Source: Dehalococcoidia bacterium
GTDB taxonomy: Bacteria > Chloroflexota > Dehalococcoidia > SZUA-161
Reading direction: 5' to 3'
NCBI GenBank assembly: GCA_037441825.1
Contig: JBBIRL010000002.1
Location: forward strand, 1 to 32,676
Length of the DNA: 32,676 nucleotides
This document shows positions 25,877 through 32,676 of the stretch, one piece after another. Each line of letters starts with the position of its first letter. The first letter of the stretch is position 1. The notes beneath the pieces were generated by a model. That model saw only the letters and a list, made by a program, of their open reading frames with translations. It searched no databases and was not told where the DNA came from. The position numbers and the translations under genes were made by a program.

Positions 25877-26539
25877 ATGGAGAAAACGAGACTTCTCGTT
25901 GTAGATGATGAGGCTCTTTTCCGGGAGCTTTTATGTCGCACTTTGTCGGCAGAACCAGGGCTGGAGGTGATAGGGGTGGCAGGAGACGGAGATAGTGCGG
26001 TCCAATTTGCCAGGAGGGAGAAGCCGGATGTGGTGATTATGGATATCGAGCTACCTGGTAAGCTTGACGGGATTGAAGCAGCTCTACAGATCAAGAAGGA
26101 GAAGCCGCAAACTGGAATTGTTATCCTGTCTGCTCACAGTGAGCGACGTTATGTGACAAGCTTACCCCTCGAGGACATACAAGGGTGGGCTTATCTTTTG
26201 AAACAAACAGCGCCGGACCTTGCCACAGTCGTGCGCGCCATCGAAGGGAGTAAGGCAGGGATGGTGGTGTTGGATCCCACAGTAGTGGCGGGTCTTCGTC
26301 CCAGGCAAGGCTCGGCTGTGGCCAGGTTGAACCCCAGGCATCAGGAAGTATTGGAGTTCCTCGCTCAGGGGTATAGCAACACTGCCATAGCCCAGTTGCT
26401 GAAATTGTCCCGTAAATCGGTTGAAACCTACATAAATGCCATATACCAGGAACTGCATCTTTCCCACGAACAGGATATCCACGCCCGGGTCAAAGCGACA
26501 CTTCTCTATCTGGAAAGCTCTAGGAGCCGTCAAGGATAG
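25877..26539 (+). CDS. NarL/LuxR-family response regulator (REC + LuxR-type HTH)
   Basis: LLVVDDEALFRE, the phospho-acceptor region DVVIMDIELPG, and the HTH EVLEFLAQGYSNTAIAQLLKLSRKSVETYINAIYQEL. ATG 25877 is preceded by GGGAGGAG. The track ORF starts further upstream at 25829. Confidence 0.85.
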   Translation: MEKTRLLVVDDEALFRELLCRTLSAEPGLEVIGVAGDGDSAVQFARREKPDVVIMDIELPGKLDGIEAALQIKKEKPQTGIVILSAHSERRYVTSLPLEDIQGWAYLLKQTAPDLATVVRAIEGSKAGMVVLDPTVVAGLRPRQGSAVARLNPRHQEVLEFLAQGYSNTAIAQLLKLSRKSVETYINAIYQELHLSHEQDIHARVKATLLYLESSRSRQG

Positions 26540-26640
26540 ACGAGGAAAATCGTCAAGCTGGCACTATGTTATCTGTCCTCAGAGCCGTTACTCTAGTTAT
26601 GGGCGGAGAGGTAAGGCCCATACGCGGGGAGAGATGCATA

Positions 26641-27009
26641 GTGTACAGAGTCGTTGTAGTTGATGACGAGCCGGAGTTTCGCGAATGGCTTAAGTCGTTG
26701 ATGGAAAACAGCAAAGACTTCAAATTAGTGGGCGAGGCTAAAACAGGAACAGAAGCCGTTTACCTCATTCCATCGCTCTTGCCGGACCTTGTGATCGCAG
26801 ATATGTATATGCCGGAGCCGGATGGCTTGGAGGTGGCCCGCTATGTTCAGCACCATTTCTCAGACATCAAAGCGATACTTGTTAGTGCCTACGAGGAGCG
26901 TGTCTATGAAAGGCTGGCGAGGGAAGAAGGTGCGCTGGCATTTATTCCGAAAGCGAGGCTTTCTCTGGATGCCCTGCGCCAGGCCCTGAAAGGGGAAGTA
27001 AAGCCGTGA
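26641..27009 (+). CDS. Stand-alone receiver-domain response regulator (CheY-like)
   Basis: VVVVDDEPEF, DLVIADMYMPEPDG and ILVSAY, with no output domain. GTG 26641 is preceded by GGGGAGAG. The track ORF starts at 26566. Confidence 0.75.
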   Translation: MYRVVVVDDEPEFREWLKSLMENSKDFKLVGEAKTGTEAVYLIPSLLPDLVIADMYMPEPDGLEVARYVQHHFSDIKAILVSAYEERVYERLAREEGALAFIPKARLSLDALRQALKGEVKP

Positions 27010-29311
27010 CTTCAGTCCCTTCGCCTGGAGCGCTTCTGATAGTGCACTTGCCGCCGCCTACCTCGGCATAGTCCTGCATCATCAATAAACCCCGTCCGCC
27101 GGAGATGCTCCTTGGTTCGAATCCCTGGGCATTATCGCGCAGCGTCAGGAACAGCCATTCCTTAGGAAGCAGCTTTAATCCCATAGTGATTTTGCTTGCC
27201 TTGGTATGCTTGACCACATTGGTCAGGGCTTCCTCGGCGATACGATATGCTGCAAGCCTCACCCTCTCCGAAATCAACTGGGGATTTAGCCTTTCCTGCC
27301 GCATGAGTTCTTCATCCAATTCCATCTCGATGTTCAAGGATACCTCAAATTGGTCTCCTAATGACTGCAGAGCCGCAACCAACCCCCGGCGCAGGATAGA
27401 GGGATAGAGCCTGTGGCTGATGGGGCGGACGTGGTTATCCAGCAACTCACTCAATTTCTGGTGCAGGTCTCTTATTTCTTGAGCCAGCTCCCCCGCCGGC
27501 GCCTTGCGCTCCAGTTCAGTAAGCCGATGCAGCAGGATGATAAGCCTGTTCTGGACTGACCCGTGGAGCTGCTGCGCAATGTCCCTGCGCACCGACTCTT
27601 GTGCGACTATAATTCGTTGCAGCGATAGCTGCAATTCCTCCGCTCTGGCCAGGGCTGCCGCATGTTCAACCCGTTCCTGTTCCGCTATTTTGCGTTCGGT
27701 GATGTCGCGAAAATTGGTGAGAATACCGCCCACAACCGGGTCGTTAAGGAAATTTCTAGCCATAACCTCAAGAGTACGCCATGAGCCGTCTCTGTGCTGT
27801 GCGCGCAGTTCGCCTTGGTGCGTAGAACCGGGCTTTTTGACCAGCTCGGTGAATGTCTTAATGACGTATGCTTTATCATCGGGATGGATAAACATAAATG
27901 AGTTCCTGCCTTTATGCTCGTCAACCTTGTATCCTAACACACGTTCAATTGAGGGGCTTTGGTACAGAATGTCTCCATCGCTGTTAAGTATCGCAACATC
28001 GTCCAATGAGTTCTCGATCATCACCCGAAAATGCTCTTCCCTCTGCTTCAGCGTTTCCTGAGCACGCTGACGCTCGGTCACATCACGGTAATTGATAACG
28101 ATACCCTTAACCGCTGGATTATTGAGAAGATTATTTGCGGTTCCTTCCATTATGTGCCCCGTACCATCCTTATGCAGGAAGCGGATTGCTGCAGGTATTG
28201 CCTGCGCCGGATGTTTGGAGAGCCTCTTGAATGTTTTGATAACTTTTTCTCTATCGTCTGGATGAATAAAGTCAAGTATGTTCTTTCCCACCAATTCTTC
28301 AGGTTTAAGGCCGATTATCCTTTCTGCGGATGGACTTTCATAACTTATCGTAAGGTCCTCATTTACAATCGCGATGCCGTCCAGAGAGTTCTCAATGAGC
28401 GCTCGGAAGTGTTCCTCTCTTTCCCGCAGCATTTCCTCAGTCCATTTGCGCTCCGTGATATCCCGGGCATTGACTACAAAACCCCTGACAGAAGGGTCAT
28501 CGACAAGGTTATTCGTGATACCTTCAACTATATGCCATGAGCCGTCTTTGTGCCGGAAACGTACCTCCAGGGCTACAGGTTGGCGGGGATTTTTGGTGAA
28601 GTTGTCAAGATTGGCGGTGATATACTGTACATCTTCGGGGGAAAGGAACTCCAGTGCATTCTTGCCAACTACCTCTTCCGGATGGTAACCCATTATCCGT
28701 TCCACGGAAGGGCTCACGTAGCGGACGGTCATGTCGCTATTCGTAATCAGGCTGATGTCCATAGAATTCTCGACGAGTACCCTGAAGTTCTCCTCTCTTT
28801 TCCTGAGCGCCTCCTCCGCTCGCTTACGCTTGGTGATGTCTCTCATGACAGCGACCAGCGTTTTAGGAACCCCCTCTGCATCTTTGATAACCGAAGCGGC
28901 AAAACTGATAGCGATTTCCTCTCCGGATTTGCTCACAGCGCGGATATCTATATGTTCAGAGCTACCCTTCTCCAAGACCTCTTTCAAGGCATTTTTTGCC
29001 CTTTCTCTATCAATTGTCCTGCGGTATGTGGGCAAATTAAGAGCAGACGTTCCGATCAGTTCACTTGCCTTGTATCCGAGCAGTTTTTCAAAAGCCTTGT
29101 TGACATAAACTACTTTGCCCTCTGTATCTACAAGCATAACCCCATCGGGCATCTCTTCGATGGCTGCTGATCTCACCAGCTTGCGCTTAAGCTGTGCTGC
29201 GTCAATCCACCCTCTCTCGGAATTTGACTTCTCAAGTTCCGCGACGCGCTTGTGAAGGGTCTCCAATTCCATTATGAGTTGGTTCTTGGCCTTATCTGCA
29301 TTTTTGGCCAT
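26942..29311 (-). CDS. Soluble multi-PAS sensor histidine kinase (about four PAS domains + HisKA_3 + HATPase_c)
   Basis: Repeated PAS units are joined by a conserved RDITERK...REEHFRxLIENSLD linker. The H-box is IAQQLHGSVQNRL, with ATPase motifs EALTNVVKH, DNAQGF and GRGLLMMQ. I saw no hydrophobic transmembrane segment. ATG 29311 (MAKNADKAK) has GGGAGTGAG upstream, while the track start 29386 has no ribosome-binding site. Confidence 0.85.
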   Translation of the reverse strand: MAKNADKAKNQLIMELETLHKRVAELEKSNSERGWIDAAQLKRKLVRSAAIEEMPDGVMLVDTEGKVVYVNKAFEKLLGYKASELIGTSALNLPTYRRTIDRERAKNALKEVLEKGSSEHIDIRAVSKSGEEIAISFAASVIKDAEGVPKTLVAVMRDITKRKRAEEALRKREENFRVLVENSMDISLITNSDMTVRYVSPSVERIMGYHPEEVVGKNALEFLSPEDVQYITANLDNFTKNPRQPVALEVRFRHKDGSWHIVEGITNNLVDDPSVRGFVVNARDITERKWTEEMLREREEHFRALIENSLDGIAIVNEDLTISYESPSAERIIGLKPEELVGKNILDFIHPDDREKVIKTFKRLSKHPAQAIPAAIRFLHKDGTGHIMEGTANNLLNNPAVKGIVINYRDVTERQRAQETLKQREEHFRVMIENSLDDVAILNSDGDILYQSPSIERVLGYKVDEHKGRNSFMFIHPDDKAYVIKTFTELVKKPGSTHQGELRAQHRDGSWRTLEVMARNFLNDPVVGGILTNFRDITERKIAEQERVEHAAALARAEELQLSLQRIIVAQESVRRDIAQQLHGSVQNRLIILLHRLTELERKAPAGELAQEIRDLHQKLSELLDNHVRPISHRLYPSILRRGLVAALQSLGDQFEVSLNIEMELDEELMRQERLNPQLISERVRLAAYRIAEEALTNVVKHTKASKITMGLKLLPKEWLFLTLRDNAQGFEPRSISGGRGLLMMQDYAEVGGGKCTIRSAPGEGTEVTALLPLSGPGAGHPEKASLSE

Positions 29312-29591
29312 GATGCCGCTCACTCCCAGCCGCTTTTTTGCCGAGGCACAATTTCCAGACGAACTCGCTAGTGTAACAAAAAGCATATCAAAAACACCGA
29401 ATTAACGCAACTTGCCAGGAGGTTCTCTAACGAACTGCGCTTGCATAGAAGTAAGGAGAAACGGGAAAGGCGAGAACATTGGCCCGGTTGTGTACCAGTA
29501 ATTGTGGGACTTTGACGAATGCCGGATGTGAATATAGAATTATTAGGGCAAGTACGTTGGTTTCTACCCGGTTAAATAAAGGTGTTGAAAT

Positions 29592-30308
29592 ATGAGAGTG
29601 GAAGACCTCAGGAACTATGGAAAGGGCTTGATGGACAGTATACCCGATCCCGAAATGGCGGAACGCGAGGGTAAGATGAGGAGGAGAATGCACCAAGAGT
29701 TGGAGGGGGAACTGGGACCTGCCGGCGCAACGGAGCTTATGTCGAGAATGAAGGAAGAGGCCGAGCACATGAAGTCCCAAGACTTATCAAGCCTCAAAGA
29801 GCGTGGACTCCGCGACCAGAGATTCATAGAATCAGTTATTAAAAGGATAGCGCTCATGAAGGCCCTGGCGGATATGGTAGGTATGGAGAAGGCCTCCGCG
29901 CTACAATGCAGGCTGGTGGAAAAGACCATATGGGAATTGATGTCACCGATGTGGCCGTCGGTAGATGATTACAAGTCGTGCGGCAATTACTTTGAGGCTT
30001 TCAAGAAATATGGCATGACTGCTATGGTTGCAAATGCACGTGCCGGGCTGCACGATGTGGAGTTAGTGGAAGATTCGCCCACCGCGCTTGCCTTCAACGT
30101 CAAATATTGTGTCTGGCACGAAGCGGCCAAATTGTTCGGCGACCCCTACCTCTGTTACCCCTCGACATGCTACGGTGATGAAGTAACTATCCCCAGGGTG
30201 TTGAGCCAAATGGGGGGTCGGTTCAAGCGTGCTGGGACTCTAGCCCAGGGCGCGCCGGTGTGTGACTTCAGATATGAGCTTCTTGCTCTTGACGGCCATC
30301 GACTCTAG
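29592..30308 (+). CDS. L-2-amino-thiazoline-4-carboxylate (ATC) hydrolase-family protein; true function unknown
   Basis: The C-terminal pattern YCVWHEAAKLFGDPYLCYPSTCYGDE...RAGTLAQGAPVCDFRYE matches my memory of the family signature (C..W...G...L....C..D...R..TLA.G...CDF.F). This has not been checked against a database. Confidence 0.55.
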   Translation: MRVEDLRNYGKGLMDSIPDPEMAEREGKMRRRMHQELEGELGPAGATELMSRMKEEAEHMKSQDLSSLKERGLRDQRFIESVIKRIALMKALADMVGMEKASALQCRLVEKTIWELMSPMWPSVDDYKSCGNYFEAFKKYGMTAMVANARAGLHDVELVEDSPTALAFNVKYCVWHEAAKLFGDPYLCYPSTCYGDEVTIPRVLSQMGGRFKRAGTLAQGAPVCDFRYELLALDGHRL

Positions 30309-31876
30309 GTGGTCCTATCTCGAATCATTACCACACCAAAGATGGTGGTAGAAATTGCTATCCCGCCATTGGGGTGCAGCCACATACTACCCTGCCAATT
30401 GTTATAGCCTATCCCCGTTCCTACAAGTTTCTTGTACACCGTTTCGCCGGTTTTGAAATCGATAGCAGTGAGATACCATTTGGATCTGCAGCATGACACG
30501 ACCCGGTCGTAGATATACACCAAACCATTACCCATGGACAGCCTGAACCCACCGACACTCTTCTCATTGGTTGACCATACCTCTTTGCAGGTATATGTGC
30601 CGTCTTTATTCCTTACAGCATCTACGCGAGTCAGCCCCGGTTCTACGCACCTGGAGAAGGGAAATGTGTGGGGTCCCCAGTTATTCTCAACAATCGCCGA
30701 ATATACCCCGTTGCCGTTGCCGCTATCATCAGCGTGCGCAAAGGCAATGGCTGTAAGGTCTGTGGCGCTCTTGCCTTCCGCAAATAGCGGCACGCTGCCC
30801 ACGATAGCGCCATCTGAACGCTTGATGAATAGCAGATTTATCCGCGGCTCTGCGTTGTCTGCAATGACAATCAGCCCCTCTTTGGGAGTGCCAGTTATTG
30901 TCACCGATGTTCCTGAGCCAACGCTGATCAGGCCAGCCTTTCGCTCAGCAGCTTTGGAATACCCCGAGCGCCAATCTATGACAGGGCTGCCGGTGCTATC
31001 GTGGCTGAAGCGGTACATAGCCTGGTCGGAGATAATAAAGACTCCATCCTCGCCAACAGCAAAGGAGTTCTCAACCAGCTCACCCTGTATCCGCATCTGG
31101 CGAACCTCACCGGTATCCACATTTAGCGTGCCCACCACTCCCTGGACACTGGCGAACCAATAATATTTACCATCCCAGTCCGGCAGCACAAAAGCAGGGC
31201 TGTCGTCTGTACCAGGCACCATGTAAGAAGCTAGGTCATATTCACGCACCAATTCGAACTTTTTGCGTTTTTCTAAATCGGGGGTCTGAACGACCTGTAC
31301 GGTGTTCTTAGTCGTAGGCACTACAGCGCGGTCCAGGTGGTCAAGGTAGAAATACATCCCTGCGCCCAGATACTCCCAGGGCCTTACGCCTTTGAAGAAA
31401 AAAGTCCAACTCCGGGGAGGTAGGTCATATGATGCCAGTTTCTCCAGAGTATCGGGATCCGTTAGCTCTAGCCACAATTTCATGCCGTTACCGCCGACCC
31501 CGACAAGACGTCTCTTGCTGTCGAAGGTAATTGTGCCGTATCCTCCAAAGCCCTCTGTCCTCGAGACGATTTCTGAATTTATCCCGAGCGGCCCGCTAGC
31601 TTCGTATGTGTCGCTGATATAGGCGTCGCAGTGCATATTGCTGCCGGGGTTGGGTGCCATAAACGCATGCTGAGGAATTTTCACATGAGGTACCGGATGG
31701 GAGAATTCTTGGGGATGGAATCGGATTAGCTCATCGCGCTCCGGCACCAGAAAACGAAGCGGACAATTGGGGATCGGTTTTATCTTGCCCGGGCGCAGCT
31801 TCGTTATTGAGAAAATACAAATAGCGCTGATTACCAGCGAAGCAAGTGCTATGTATGACAGGACTCTCTTTTTCAT
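30305..31876 (-). CDS. Hypothetical protein with an N-terminal signal-anchor or signal peptide; the extracytoplasmic domain may be beta-rich or propeller-like
   Basis: The start MKKRVLSYIALASLVISAICIFSIT is hydrophobic. ATG start with AAGGAGAGG upstream. I recognised no family motif. Confidence 0.6.
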   Translation of the reverse strand: MKKRVLSYIALASLVISAICIFSITKLRPGKIKPIPNCPLRFLVPERDELIRFHPQEFSHPVPHVKIPQHAFMAPNPGSNMHCDAYISDTYEASGPLGINSEIVSRTEGFGGYGTITFDSKRRLVGVGGNGMKLWLELTDPDTLEKLASYDLPPRSWTFFFKGVRPWEYLGAGMYFYLDHLDRAVVPTTKNTVQVVQTPDLEKRKKFELVREYDLASYMVPGTDDSPAFVLPDWDGKYYWFASVQGVVGTLNVDTGEVRQMRIQGELVENSFAVGEDGVFIISDQAMYRFSHDSTGSPVIDWRSGYSKAAERKAGLISVGSGTSVTITGTPKEGLIVIADNAEPRINLLFIKRSDGAIVGSVPLFAEGKSATDLTAIAFAHADDSGNGNGVYSAIVENNWGPHTFPFSRCVEPGLTRVDAVRNKDGTYTCKEVWSTNEKSVGGFRLSMGNGLVYIYDRVVSCCRSKWYLTAIDFKTGETVYKKLVGTGIGYNNWQGSMWLHPNGGIAISTTIFGVVMIRDRTT

Positions 31877-31914
31877 TTTCCTCTCCTTTGTGTTTTTATC
31901 TCGTTCCCCACTAT

Positions 31915-32676
31915 TTACTCTCTAACATTGCCTCTTTGTTTTACTTTGTCCATATCCCCGCTTGCTGGCTCAAGCCGTTTATAGCCCAGTGCATCGAACG
32001 CGAAGTGCCAGTTTCGATTTATTTTTGCTATGACACTATCATCTAAGTTCTTATGTGCCAGCTTCTGGTAACCTGCTATAGAATCAAGGTAAGCGCGGAA
32101 GGCTGGCTCTGCCTCGGCGAATCCGGGCAGGCTTAGAGTCTCATAAATTCTACGCAATTGAGCTAAGGGTTCCTTATCCAGCTCCTCATATCTCACCTCA
32201 ACTAAATTGCCTGCCGGGATGAGTGTCTTATCGGCCAGCAGCCTCTGCATTAGCTGGCTATAGAACCGCAAGACCCAATTCTCATGTTCGCCCGGGTCAA
32301 TTTCTTGCAGTTGTGCCCTCTCCATTACGACCCTGTATAAATGCTGGGTTGAGCGAAATATACTGTAAGGGTTACGGTAAATGTGGATGAATTTTGCATT
32401 GGGGAACAGTTCGAGCAACGTTTTGATGCGCGCACTGTCGGCGCAGTTTTTAACAATCAGTCGCTTTCCTCCGGCTTTCAGTGAGGCCTTGCGTAGAACT
32501 ACAAGGTAGATTTCTTTCCATTTAGAGATAATTGATGCAGGGAGGTTGTAGAAGTTGGTGACATATCTTTCGAAGAAGTAGGTGGCTCGTCGGGGAAAAG
32601 AATACATATGCAGGTAGGAGTAGGGCGACATGTTGGCGATCGCAAGGTCTTCCTCTTCGGGGTTGTCCAGCGAGAG
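31915..32676 (-). CDS. Sulfotransferase-family protein; the 5' end lies beyond the right edge
   Basis: The RNPYSIFRSTQHLY motif is typical of the bacterial sulfotransferase family. The frame stays open upstream of the track Met (LSLDNPEEEDLAIAN-M...) to the window edge, so the true start is probably outside the window. Confidence 0.65.
   Translation of the reverse strand, partial: LSLDNPEEEDLAIANMSPYSYLHMYSFPRRATYFFERYVTNFYNLPASIISKWKEIYLVVLRKASLKAGGKRLIVKNCADSARIKTLLELFPNAKFIHIYRNPYSIFRSTQHLYRVVMERAQLQEIDPGEHENWVLRFYSQLMQRLLADKTLIPAGNLVEVRYEELDKEPLAQLRRIYETLSLPGFAEAEPAFRAYLDSIAGYQKLAHKNLDDSVIAKINRNWHFAFDALGYKRLEPASGDMDKVKQRGNVRE

Noticed and set aside
27114-27124. GGTTCGAATCC, a tRNA T-loop-like motif
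   Set aside because: The flanking bases do not form a T-stem or any cloverleaf, and the site lies inside the histidine-kinase coding sequence.
1-32676. Search for CRISPR arrays, IS or transposase genes, integrases, rRNA or tRNA genes, and in-frame stop or frameshift pseudogenes
   Set aside because: I saw no direct-repeat/spacer arrays, no transposase- or integrase-like ORFs and no terminal inverted repeats. All large ORFs are intact with plausible starts. A by-eye scan cannot exclude small ncRNAs.

Overview
This looks like an accessory-metabolism locus from an anaerobic bacterium. It has strong AGGAGG-type ribosome-binding sites and no rRNA, tRNA, CRISPR or IS elements that I could find. Twenty-two co-directional minus-strand genes run from 25530 down to base 1, in two tightly packed blocks separated by a 489-nt AT-rich gap. 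Block 1 (25530->15915) encodes two sets of thiolase, HMG-CoA-synthase-like protein and DUF35 Zn-ribbon/OB-fold protein (DUF35 is fused in one set), an acyl-CoA dehydrogenase, a tungsten-type aldehyde:ferredoxin oxidoreductase, and MoeB/ThiF-like and MoaD-like cofactor sulfur-transfer proteins. Block 2 (15425->1) is the most unusual part. It holds three consecutive pairs of CrtI/phytoene-desaturase-family flavoproteins (B3-A3, B2-A2, B1-A1; similar in layout to limonene dehydrogenase CtmAB). These are followed by three paralogous cysteine-rich Fe-S proteins carrying a CNCCSCCCM motif plus a 2x[4Fe-4S] ferredoxin domain, then HypA and HypB with no hydrogenase gene in view, then a seventh FAD oxidoreductase that runs off the left edge and is missing from the ORF track. 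To the right lie a divergent two-component module (NarL/LuxR-type regulator, stand-alone receiver, soluble 4-PAS HisKA_3 kinase), an ATC-hydrolase-family protein, a membrane-anchored protein of unknown function and a partial sulfotransferase. My main hypothesis is that block 2 is an uncharacterised, possibly nickel-dependent flavin/Fe-S system acting on unsaturated hydrocarbons or isoprenoids, coupled to aldehyde oxidation and a thiolase-based CoA-ester pathway. All family assignments rest on motifs read by eye; no database search was possible.
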